NCBI GenBank assembly: GCA_049303905.1
Contig: JBAQNP010000020.1
Location: 5,584 to 69,583, forward strand
DNA length: 64,000 bases
Source: Candidatus Moraniibacteriota bacterium
GTDB taxonomy: Bacteria > Patescibacteriota > Minisyncoccia > Moranbacterales > UBA2206
Direction of reading: 5' to 3'
The notes beneath the pieces were generated by a model. It saw only the letters and a program-made list of their open reading frames with translations. It was not told the DNA's origin and made no database searches. Made by a program: the position numbers and the translations under genes. Shown here piece by piece: positions 8,864-17,982 of this stretch (its first letter is position 1; each line of letters starts with the position of its first letter).

Positions 8864-9098
8864 TCTAAAGGATAATAAATGGTATACTGGATATACTGGT
8901 AATCTAAAAAATAGAATTGCAAAACATAATTCTGGAGAAGTATTTTCTACAAAAAACAGGAAGCCATTTAAACTGATATATTCAGAAGCTTGTTTAAATA
9001 AATTAGACGCCCAAGCTCGAGAAAGATATTTAAAATCAGGAATGGGCAAAAGATATCTTAGGAATAGATTAAGATGTTATTTTGATAAAAATGATTAA
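8832..9098 (+). CDS. GIY-YIG nuclease domain protein, small stand-alone
   Basis: 88 aa. YIYVLLS...KWYTGYTGNLKNRIAKHN matches the GIY-YIG motif. Overlaps the 3' end of the ORF6N gene by 32 nt. Confidence 0.7.
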   Translation: MKWWYIYVLLSLKDNKWYTGYTGNLKNRIAKHNSGEVFSTKNRKPFKLIYSEACLNKLDAQARERYLKSGMGKRYLRNRLRCYFDKND

Positions 9099-9162
9099 AA
9101 TTTCTAACGGGGTCCAATCATATTTAAGGTTATTGCGAAATTTATGACAACTAACCCGAAGA

Positions 9163-12100
9163 ATGAAAAAGAAACTGAACGCATTGGGTTTAGAGATAAA
9201 GATTAAAATTAAAAATTACTCCAGAATGTTTCTAAAATCAAAAATAAAATTACTAATATTTTTCTTCTCAATAACTGTGTTATTGGTTTTGACGTCGAAT
9301 GATGCAAGTGCTTATACCTGTACTTGGACCGGAACAACTTCTACTGCTTGGGCGATAGCCACCAACTGGTCTGGGTGTAATTCAACTATTCCACAAACGA
9401 CGGATGATGTGGTGATTAATGTTGCTTCAGCCAATCAACCAATCCTTGATCTCATAGGAGGGAAAACAATAAATTCTCTTTCGATCGGATCGACACTAGC
9501 TTCAACCCTTACTCTTTCCAATGGTTTAGTAGATGTTAATGTTAATAAATTAACCATCACTAATAATCTAACTATTGGAGGTTCTGGCACAATTACCAGC
9601 ACCGCCAACACCACCGCCCAAACTCACAGTGTGAATATGTCGGTGGGAGGGAATGTGGGTATTGAGAGTGGGGGGAAGATTGATGTGACGGGGAAGGGGT
9701 TGAGTGGAGGAGCGGGGGGGGCTGTATATACTAGTGGTTCACCCGGTTACCTTATTAATGGTGGCGGTGGCAGCGGTGGCGGTTATGGCGGTTATGGTGG
9801 CAGTTGCGGTGGCGGTGGCGGTTATGGAGGGGCAGGAGGAGGTGGCACTGGCGGAGCAGGCGGAATAGTACATGATCAAGTTGATAATTCTCACCCAACT
9901 GTTCTTGGCTCTGGAGGTGGTGGTGGGTCAGGAGATGGAGCTGGTCATGCTGGGAGTGCAGGTGGCAAAGGGGGTGGATCAATAAAATTAAATGTGCTAG
10001 GAATACTAACTTTGAATTCCGGTAGTGGGATATACTCCAATGGAAGCAATGGAATCAACGGAGGAGCTAGTGGCGGAGGCGGAGGAGGCGCTGGCTCTGG
10101 TGGTTCAATTTGGATCCAAGCCGGAACAATTACTGGCACAGGAACGGTTCGGGCTAATGGAGGAACAGGAGGAACTGTCACTGCTTTTAGTATAACAGCA
10201 ATAGGTGGTGGTGGAGGAGCAGGTGGAAGAATTGCAATTTCAAGCACGAGAGGATTAACAATAACAGCTGCTGGTGGTCTCGGATACGATAGTCTATATG
10301 GCGGAACCGGCACAATATACTACAACGCTTCCGGAATATACACTTCCGAAGTTTTGGATTTTTCTGGAGCTAGAGATTTTACTACATCTGACATTACTAA
10401 ATCAGAACCTGGGACTTCTACAGTAGTAGTTTCACTTCACGGTGGTGACACCGATAATCCAAATGACTGGGCAGACAATTGGACAGTTATAAATGACAAC
10501 GACGACATCTCAGTTTTTGATAATTTCAGATATTTGCAATACAAAGTAGAATTTTCCTTTACTGGTTTGTCGACTGAAGATAAACCTAGTTTGCAAGATA
10601 TTTCAATAAACTATAACGCTTATCTTGACAAAACCCTCACCTCCTCAGTATACAATTCCAATTCCGACGCTAACTTAATCGGAGGAATATCTTGGGATGA
10701 AACTCTAAGCTCAAACACTAACATTAAATTCCAAATCCAAACTTCCGCCGACGGAGTCACTAATTGGTCAGGATGGTTTGGACCAGACGAAACTGACACT
10801 ACATATTTTGACGAAACTGATTCCCCTGACTTTTGCACAAAAACTGATTCAATTGTCACTTGCACAGTAGACGCTATCCCCTCAGCTTTCAAAGACGGAG
10901 CCAATGATCAATACTACCAATACAAAGCCTATCTAGATACTACCGATGGACTGGCTACTCCAACTCTAAATTCTGTCACCGTCACCTACGTAGTCAACGC
11001 CAACCCGGAAATTGAAGCCAGTCAAACTACCGCTGTCCCGGATGCCAATCAAAGAGTTAATGTTTCATATAACGTCCGAGACACCGACTCAGTTTCCGGC
11101 ACCATCACTCCAAGTTTTGAATATTCCCTAGATGGCGGATCTAGTTGGGTATCCATAACTTCCGGTTGTCTTGGTGCTACTGACTTAGCTGCTAAAACAG
11201 TCAATACCACCGAAGAAACTAAAAACAATTATATAACTTACACTGCCGTTTGGACTCCTGCTTGTGAAGCTGGTATCTCCACCACTACTTATGAAATCGA
11301 CGTTCAAATCCGAGTGAGAGCTGATGATGGTCAAGCCGCTAATCGCTATGGGTATGGAACAACAGAAAATTTCACCCTCGACACCAAAGCACCAATTCCC
11401 GACACCAAATCCATTATTATCTCCGCCAGAAAAACTACTGACAACCTCGCTCTCAATGCTGTCGATGATTCAACCAAACAAATGCGAGTAGGATTAGAAT
11501 CAGATCTATCTGACGGAACTTGGATAGACTACAACACTCTAGCTACAATTGATATTACCGACAACCCTGAAACTGCCTATGTTCAATTTCGAGATATCTT
11601 TGGCAACACTTCCGAAATTGAGAGTGTCACTGCTCCTGTTGCTCCTCAAAGCCTGATGATTCAAGACACTTCCAACACTCTTCTTGCCGAACCCGAATAC
11701 CGACTCTTCATAGCTTGGCAAGTACTCGACAATGACCAATACGGAGCATTATTTGATAAATATGTCATCTACCGCAGTGCCGACAATGGGGCTACCTATA
11801 CAGAAGTTCACACTATTTCCGACATCAGCACCAACTATTGGGCTGACAATACTGTAGTAGGAGAAGCCACTTACTATTATCGCGTCACTCACAAAAACGA
11901 CTACGGCATTGAAAGTTTTGGCAATGAATCCGCCTACAGCGACCCAGTCTATGGCAATGCCAACGGAGTTGAAGATGCCGGCGAAGGTGGAGGAGGAACA
12001 TCATCTGTTCCACCGGTTATTTCCAATGTTGCTATTCCCGAAGATTCCATCTATTCCACCCAAGCCACTATCACTTGGGACACTGACACTCTCTCTGACT

Positions 12101-14652
12101 CAACAGTCAAATACAGCGCTGATGCCGGAGTCTTTACTACCGGTAAAGTGATAACCACTTTACGAAACAACGGCACTCCCTACGGACCGCACACGGTTAC
12201 TCTTACCAATCTCAGTCCTAATACTACCTACTATTTCCAAGTTCAATCGGCTGATCAAAATGACAACGAAGCTACTAAACCCCAATCTGGTGATGATGAG
12301 TATCCAGACGGCTACAGTTTCACTACCGATCCTGGGCCACCAATTCATAGTGCTTGGACCACTCGAGTGACCAATCATAGCGCCACCATTGCTTGGAGCA
12401 CTGCCGGCACTCCTCCGGAAACATCCGTACCTTCTAATTCTGTGGTCACTTATTCCAAAAACTTTGACTTAGGCGAACCAACCACCATTGGAGGTTCTGA
12501 TGACTTAGTGACTTATCACGAAGTAACTATTAATGATCTTGATCAAGGAACTCTCTATTATTACCAAGTTCAATCCAGTGACGGCAACTATACTTCAATT
12601 GGAAAAAATGGTGACAGCTATTTCAGTTTCACCACCGACATTGACAACGTCGCCCCAACAATTACTTTCGATCCCGACACCGATATTACTAAAACTGACA
12701 CTACCGCCAGAGTTTCTTGGACAACCTCTAGTGAATCAGCTAGATCAACTCTGGAATATGGTACTGATACTGATTATGATTTAGGTACGCTCACCAATGC
12801 TAATTACAATACTAATCACATTTTTGATTTAGAAGATCTTACTCCAGAAACTACTTACTATATCCGACTTACCTCGACTGATATTAATGACAATGCGACT
12901 GTAGTAAGTGGAAATAGTTTTACTACTTTGGCGATAGCTGATGAGAGTGGGCCGACTATTTCAGACGTGGTAGTGAGTGATCTTAAGTATAATGAAGCGA
13001 CAGTTAGTTGGGAGACAGACACAGCCAGTGATTCTCGAGTGGAATATATTACAGCTACAGGCGGGGATTTTAGTGAGGCACCCTTTGCGGGAATAGCTAC
13101 ATCAAAAAACAACGCATCCGATCTTGGTCTTCACTCTGTAATTCTCTCTGGCCTCAACTCCATCACCACCTACTATTTCCAAGTTAAATCCACTGATCAA
13201 GATGGTAACACTTCTACATTAAAAGAAGGAACCAATGGCTACACCTTCACCACCACCTCCCCAACCACCGACTCTGACTCCAACGGCGAAGGAGATCAAC
13301 TCACCGACATCATGTCTCAAATCCAAGATATGATCGACAACTACTATTTCACCGAAGCCGAAATCCAAGACGCTCTCTCCGGACTCTATTCCATCTCCAT
13401 AACCAGTAGTGGCCCATCTGTAGATATCACTGACACCACCGCTACTTTCACCTGGACCACTAACCGACCAGCTATCGGCAAGATTTACTATTGGCAAGAC
13501 ACTGACAACGAGGACACGGCCGTAAGCCAAGCCGAAAACATCACTGCGGCTAGAACTGACCATGAAATCATAATTAAAAACCTCAACGCTAACACCAAGT
13601 ATAATTTCTACGCTTACTCCGAAGGACTCCTAGGTACCACCACCCAATCAGAAAACAAATCTTTCTCCACGGAAGACACCGCCAGTCTCTCTGGCATCTC
13701 CATTTCCAACCTTACTCTTAACTCCGCCGATATCTCTTGGACCACCACTGGCTCCATTGACTCTTCCCAACTTGAATACGGCGAATCAATTAAATATGGC
13801 AACGAAAACAAAGGTAAAACAGACGGCAATCTCCATACTGTCAATTTAACCAACCTCAAAGAAAACACCACTTACCACCTAAGAGTCACTGCTACCGACT
13901 CTGACGGTCAAACCCTCACCAGTGACGACTACTCCTTCACCACCACTTCTCTCCCCGTAATCTCCAACGTTACCATCAAAGATATCCAAATCGAATCCGC
14001 CACCATTAATTGGCAAACTAACGTCAAAACAGACTCCCGAGTAGAATTCAAAAAAGAAAACCAAGACCAAGGGACTACCACCGGTAAACTCGAAGCAGTG
14101 ACTGACCACTCCTTCACTCTTACCAACCTTTTCCCTGGAACTAGATATACTTTCAAAGTCTCTTCCAAAGACACCTTCAACAATGAATCTAGTAGTGAAG
14201 AACAATCTTTCACTACCAACGAAGATCTCAACGCTCCCCAAATCACCAACGTTAAATCTGACACCACCGTCTTTCCTGGTAAAGAAGCTCAAATCCAAAC
14301 CATCATTAGTTGGAATACTGACAAAGATTCTAATTCTATCCTGGCTTACCGCGAAGGAGTCGAAAAAGACCCTAACCTAATTGACCAACTTAAAAACCCT
14401 GACATAACTAAAATTGATAACTGGAAACTAATCAAAAAACAAGATCTCACCAAAAACCATCTCTTTGTCCTGACTGATCTAAAACCTGCCAGTGTCTATC
14501 AATTCAGAACTGCTTCATATGACAAACACAACAATGTCTCAGTCTCAGAAAACTATTCCTTACTCACCCCCACTAAACAACAATCCGTCCTAGATCTCAT
14601 CATCCAAAACTTTGAATCTACCTTTGGATGGGTGAAGAGGATTGGGAATTAA
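9163..14652 (+). CDS. Giant cell-surface protein (1829 aa) with N-terminal TM/signal, a glycine-rich (GGxGG)n module and about 10 tandem Fn3-like domains
   Basis: N-terminal hydrophobic segment. Residues about 190-330 are Gly repeats (GGGGSGGGYGGYGG...). Repeated units of about 90 aa follow the pattern ATITW.T...S.V.YG......LT.L.P.T.YYFQV.S.D..N. C3-rich codon usage is unlike neighbouring genes. Reverse-strand Pro-rich ORFs here are artefacts. Confidence 0.8.
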   Translation: MKKKLNALGLEIKIKIKNYSRMFLKSKIKLLIFFFSITVLLVLTSNDASAYTCTWTGTTSTAWAIATNWSGCNSTIPQTTDDVVINVASANQPILDLIGGKTINSLSIGSTLASTLTLSNGLVDVNVNKLTITNNLTIGGSGTITSTANTTAQTHSVNMSVGGNVGIESGGKIDVTGKGLSGGAGGAVYTSGSPGYLINGGGGSGGGYGGYGGSCGGGGGYGGAGGGGTGGAGGIVHDQVDNSHPTVLGSGGGGGSGDGAGHAGSAGGKGGGSIKLNVLGILTLNSGSGIYSNGSNGINGGASGGGGGGAGSGGSIWIQAGTITGTGTVRANGGTGGTVTAFSITAIGGGGGAGGRIAISSTRGLTITAAGGLGYDSLYGGTGTIYYNASGIYTSEVLDFSGARDFTTSDITKSEPGTSTVVVSLHGGDTDNPNDWADNWTVINDNDDISVFDNFRYLQYKVEFSFTGLSTEDKPSLQDISINYNAYLDKTLTSSVYNSNSDANLIGGISWDETLSSNTNIKFQIQTSADGVTNWSGWFGPDETDTTYFDETDSPDFCTKTDSIVTCTVDAIPSAFKDGANDQYYQYKAYLDTTDGLATPTLNSVTVTYVVNANPEIEASQTTAVPDANQRVNVSYNVRDTDSVSGTITPSFEYSLDGGSSWVSITSGCLGATDLAAKTVNTTEETKNNYITYTAVWTPACEAGISTTTYEIDVQIRVRADDGQAANRYGYGTTENFTLDTKAPIPDTKSIIISARKTTDNLALNAVDDSTKQMRVGLESDLSDGTWIDYNTLATIDITDNPETAYVQFRDIFGNTSEIESVTAPVAPQSLMIQDTSNTLLAEPEYRLFIAWQVLDNDQYGALFDKYVIYRSADNGATYTEVHTISDISTNYWADNTVVGEATYYYRVTHKNDYGIESFGNESAYSDPVYGNANGVEDAGEGGGGTSSVPPVISNVAIPEDSIYSTQATITWDTDTLSDSTVKYSADAGVFTTGKVITTLRNNGTPYGPHTVTLTNLSPNTTYYFQVQSADQNDNEATKPQSGDDEYPDGYSFTTDPGPPIHSAWTTRVTNHSATIAWSTAGTPPETSVPSNSVVTYSKNFDLGEPTTIGGSDDLVTYHEVTINDLDQGTLYYYQVQSSDGNYTSIGKNGDSYFSFTTDIDNVAPTITFDPDTDITKTDTTARVSWTTSSESARSTLEYGTDTDYDLGTLTNANYNTNHIFDLEDLTPETTYYIRLTSTDINDNATVVSGNSFTTLAIADESGPTISDVVVSDLKYNEATVSWETDTASDSRVEYITATGGDFSEAPFAGIATSKNNASDLGLHSVILSGLNSITTYYFQVKSTDQDGNTSTLKEGTNGYTFTTTSPTTDSDSNGEGDQLTDIMSQIQDMIDNYYFTEAEIQDALSGLYSISITSSGPSVDITDTTATFTWTTNRPAIGKIYYWQDTDNEDTAVSQAENITAARTDHEIIIKNLNANTKYNFYAYSEGLLGTTTQSENKSFSTEDTASLSGISISNLTLNSADISWTTTGSIDSSQLEYGESIKYGNENKGKTDGNLHTVNLTNLKENTTYHLRVTATDSDGQTLTSDDYSFTTTSLPVISNVTIKDIQIESATINWQTNVKTDSRVEFKKENQDQGTTTGKLEAVTDHSFTLTNLFPGTRYTFKVSSKDTFNNESSSEEQSFTTNEDLNAPQITNVKSDTTVFPGKEAQIQTIISWNTDKDSNSILAYREGVEKDPNLIDQLKNPDITKIDNWKLIKKQDLTKNHLFVLTDLKPASVYQFRTASYDKHNNVSVSENYSLLTPTKQQSVLDLIIQNFESTFGWVKRIGN

Positions 14653-14689
14653 GGAGAGAACTAAAAACAAAAAAATATTCTTGAAATTA

Positions 14690-14755
14690 ACTCGCCCTTG
14701 ATTTTTATAGCTAAAAATATCCCTCAATCAACGGCGGGAAAGGATATTTTAAGAT
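14690..14755 (+). repeat. Copy 3 of the hairpin motif (aattaactcgcccttgatttttatagctaaaaatatccctcaatcaacggcgggaaaggatatttt)
   Basis: 9-bp stem aaaatatcc/ggatatttt around the 19-nt loop ctcaatcaacggcgggaaa. The upstream arm aattaactc...gctaaaaat is shared with copy 1. Confidence 0.55.
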
Positions 14756-15027
14756 AAAAATCTAGGGCTCAAACAAGAATTTCGGCGAATATTTTTTGTT
14801 TTTAGTGGAGAGGAGGGAGAGAGGCGAGATATGAAGCATGAAAAAAGAGGGGTTCAATTTTATCGATAAAATTACAAAAAGGCTTATATAAAGCAAAATA
14901 GAATAACGGCTATTGCGTAAAAAACTGCCACATGGTAGGATATTTAGGTCGTTTTGAAAACTGGGTGGCAGGGAGGTTTAGCAAAAGCTTAGGCTAAAAA
15001 GGGGACATTCCAGACAAACTGAAAATA

Positions 15028-15711
15028 ATGAGCGGACAACTTCGGCTCGGGGGGATAAGGAGGATAAAAAAACATAATATTCTAGTACTAATAATTCTCG
15101 CGGTAGTCGTGAGGTTGTTTTTTTCTATCTTTTTAGGCGATAATGCTTTGGCAAAAAAGCCAGAAGACATTTCTAATAGTCAAAAATTCAGTTCAATTGA
15201 TCCATTAAAAAACATTAATCCTGAAAATCTTTTTGAAAAAAGTGATGTAAAAGCTAGCTATAATAAATCAACCCTTAAAAAAGATAAAGAATCTAATAAT
15301 AAACAAGAAGAGATCTATGATGAGCTAGTAAAAGGCTATCCTTTGGCTGTTATGACTTTGGAAATTTCTAAACAGGACAAATCAGTAGCAGCCTTTCTCA
15401 TCGCCATCGCCAAAAAAGAAAGTGATTGGGGGAAACATTCTCCAAAAAAGAATGGTGAAGATTGTTATAATTATTGGGGGTATCGTGGAGGTTATAATGC
15501 CACTGAATCAGGATATAGTTGTTTTGACAGTCCAAGTCAAGCTATTGCAGTCGTGGGAGGAAGAATTGAAAATTTAATTGATCAAGGAATTAATACGCCA
15601 GAGAGAATGATTGTTTGGAAATGCGGGCGGGATTGTTCTTGGGATAATCCAGTAGCCGTCAAAAAATGGGTGAGTGATGTGAGTGCCTATTATCATAAAT
15701 TGAATTCATAG
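15028..15711 (+). CDS. Secreted or membrane-anchored protein, possibly GH73-like N-acetylglucosaminidase domain
   Basis: 227 aa with an N-terminal TM. KESDWGKH...NYWGYRGG loosely resembles the ESGWG...NNLFGI motif of FlgJ/LytD glucosaminidases. Cys-rich C-terminus. The family call is weak. Confidence 0.45.
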   Translation: MSGQLRLGGIRRIKKHNILVLIILAVVVRLFFSIFLGDNALAKKPEDISNSQKFSSIDPLKNINPENLFEKSDVKASYNKSTLKKDKESNNKQEEIYDELVKGYPLAVMTLEISKQDKSVAAFLIAIAKKESDWGKHSPKKNGEDCYNYWGYRGGYNATESGYSCFDSPSQAIAVVGGRIENLIDQGINTPERMIVWKCGRDCSWDNPVAVKKWVSDVSAYYHKLNS

Positions 15712-15720
15712 TGGGTGAAA

Positions 15721-15861
15721 CTTATTCAATTAAATATGCCGAACGCGCTTCGGCGCGGAAGCATTCTAGTGATAAAAAGTCTCGACATGCTTGTAATAAA
15801 TAATCTATGTGAATAATTTTTAAGCGCCTCCGTAAGCTCTCGACATATTTAATTGAATAAG
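15721..15861 (+). repeat. MITE-like element A: 141 bp bounded by perfect 17-bp terminal inverted repeats CTTATTCAATTAAATAT/ATATTTAATTGAATAAG
   Basis: Interior carries the hairpin cgcgcttcggcgcg and the block ttaagcgcctccgtaagctctcgacat, shared with element B at 32655-32807. Confidence 0.7.
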
Positions 15862-15920
15862 TTCCAGATAAAAAATAAACCTCAGTGGTTTATTTTTTAA
15901 TTTTAGTGTAAAATAATAGT

Positions 15921-16862
15921 ATGAATTGGATAGGTATTGCTATTATTGCATATTTTCTTTTGGCACTGGAAATTGTTCTGGACAAATTTTTGCTTTCTTC
16001 CAAGCGCGTTTCTCATCCTGCTATCTATGCTTTCTATTCTGGAACGATGGGGATGTTTGTAATTCTTCTAATTCCTTTTGGTTTTCATTGGATAGGTTTA
16101 TCCAAAATTATCTTGAGTTTTATCGCAGGAATCGTTTTCATTTACGGGATGCTTTCCCTTTTTTGGGCAATTAAAAGAGGAGAGGCGAGTCGAGTACTCC
16201 CTATTGTGGGCGCGGTTGTGCCGATTGTATCCTTTTTTCTAGCTATAATTTTTCTGGGAGAAAATTTAGGTCTCAGAGGTATTCTTGGTATCAGTGCTTT
16301 GATTTTTGGTGGAATATTAATTTCTTTTAATTTAGCTAAGAATAGAGCAAGAATATTTTTTGAGGGTTTTCGTGCTTCAATTTTAGCTGGATTTCTTTTA
16401 GCTGTTTCAACAATTATTATCAAAGCACTTTATAATGAAGACAGTTTTATAAATGTTTTTGTCTGGACAAGAACAGGCGCATTTTTGGGAGTATTGAGTT
16501 TTTTCTTGATTCCTATTTGGCGAAAACCAATTTTAGAGTCGCTATTAAAATTTAAAAAATCTGAAAAAGAAGAAAAAAAATCTGGCGCTTCTTTTGTTCT
16601 AGCTAAAACACTCGGCGGAAGCGGATCATTTCTCAAAGAAAATGCAGTGTCAACATCCTTGGCAAGTGTGACCGTAGTGAATGCCTTGGTCTCAGTAGAG
16701 TATGTTTTTATTTTTATTTTGAGTATTATCTTCTCTGCCTGGATGCCAAAAATAATGCGAGAAGAAAAAGATTTTAAGATAATAGTTCAAAAAATTATAG
16801 CTATTGCTATTATTACTCTCGGATTAATTTTAGTTTCTTCACCCTATGGAGTACGGGCATAG
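15921..16862 (+). CDS. Integral membrane protein, DMT/EamA-like transporter fold
   Basis: 313 aa, about 10 predicted TM helices, two-half organisation. Confidence 0.6.
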   Translation: MNWIGIAIIAYFLLALEIVLDKFLLSSKRVSHPAIYAFYSGTMGMFVILLIPFGFHWIGLSKIILSFIAGIVFIYGMLSLFWAIKRGEASRVLPIVGAVVPIVSFFLAIIFLGENLGLRGILGISALIFGGILISFNLAKNRARIFFEGFRASILAGFLLAVSTIIIKALYNEDSFINVFVWTRTGAFLGVLSFFLIPIWRKPILESLLKFKKSEKEEKKSGASFVLAKTLGGSGSFLKENAVSTSLASVTVVNALVSVEYVFIFILSIIFSAWMPKIMREEKDFKIIVQKIIAIAIITLGLILVSSPYGVRA

Positions 16863-16917
16863 TGATAAATAAGAATTTAAATTAGATTTATTTTTTTAAC
16901 ATTAACTGTGGTTTATC

Positions 16918-17967
16918 GTGAAATTACTCCATGGGGTAAAGTCCTTAAATATGAAATATATAAAAAAATTTTTAAGAATTCTTGGTAAAACAGTCGTGAT
17001 TATTTTTGTTGTGATTCTAGGTTTTTTTGTTTATTTTAATATTCCTGTGAGCGATCAAAATGATCGGGCGAAATTGGGCGTAACTTTTTCTAGTCGTTAT
17101 GCGACAAATATTGGGTTGGATTGGAAAGAAGCCTATCTGGCAATGTTGGATGATCTGGAAGTGAGAAGTGTGCGGTTGCCGGTTTATTGGGATTTAGTGG
17201 AAAAAAAGGAAGGTAATTTTGATTTTTCTGAAGTGGACTGGCAACTGGAGGAAGCGCAAAAAAGAAATGTAGATGTTATTTTGACAATTGGACAAAAAGT
17301 TCCGCGTTGGCCAGAATGTGCTATTCCGGATTGGGCGATGACCAGTGATCAAAAAAGAAAAGACTCTCTTTTGAATTTTATTTCAGTGGTGATGGAGCGG
17401 TATAAAAATAATCCGGAGATAAAATATTGGCAAATTGAAAATGAACCATTTTTGCTTTTTGGCATTTGTCCGGCGCCGGATGCAGATTTGCTTGACAGCG
17501 AAATTTCACTGGCTCGAAAAATTGATGATAGTCGGAAAATAATTGTTTCAGATAGTGGAGAATTGAGTTTGTGGGTGCGAGCAGCCAGAAGAGCGGATGT
17601 TTTTGGCACGACGATGTATCGCAATGTTTATAAAGAAGGTTGGGGTTATTATTCCTATCCAATCGGACCACGCTTCTTTCGTTTCAAATACGGTCTTATT
17701 AGTCTTTTCGCGGAACAAAAAAATGCCATTGTGGCGGAACTGCAAGCTGAACCGTGGATTGCCGGTTGGACAGTGGATGCAACACTCGAAGAACAATTCA
17801 AATCAATGAATGAGGAAAAATTGAGAGGGAATGTGACTTATGCTCGGCAAGTTGGTTTTCCGGAAATTTATCTGTGGGGTGTGGAATGGTGGTATTGGCT
17901 GAAAGTAGAAAAAAATTATCCGGCAGTTTGGGATACCGCTAGAGAATTATTCAATGAAGTTAAATAA
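16918..17967 (+). CDS. Membrane-anchored glycoside hydrolase, TIM-barrel, GH5-like clan
   Basis: N-terminal TM. WQIENEP catalytic-acid motif and RLPVYW region. The ATG at 16951 (MKYIKK) is a more likely start than the GTG at 16918. Confidence 0.65.
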   Translation: MKLLHGVKSLNMKYIKKFLRILGKTVVIIFVVILGFFVYFNIPVSDQNDRAKLGVTFSSRYATNIGLDWKEAYLAMLDDLEVRSVRLPVYWDLVEKKEGNFDFSEVDWQLEEAQKRNVDVILTIGQKVPRWPECAIPDWAMTSDQKRKDSLLNFISVVMERYKNNPEIKYWQIENEPFLLFGICPAPDADLLDSEISLARKIDDSRKIIVSDSGELSLWVRAARRADVFGTTMYRNVYKEGWGYYSYPIGPRFFRFKYGLISLFAEQKNAIVAELQAEPWIAGWTVDATLEEQFKSMNEEKLRGNVTYARQVGFPEIYLWGVEWWYWLKVEKNYPAVWDTARELFNEVK

Positions 17968-17982
17968 ATTTGAGGATAATAA

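Noticed and set aside
8240-9098. Prophage call based on the ORF6N + GIY-YIG genes
   Set aside because: No integrase, terminase, capsid or tail genes, and no att-like direct repeats in the window. Two selfish-type genes alone do not define a prophage.
9755-10313. Reverse-strand ORFs (Pro- and His-rich, 75-122 aa) inside the giant surface-protein gene
   Set aside because: They are the mirror image of the + strand Gly-codon (GGN) run. Low-complexity PPPP/HRH translations, with no start context.
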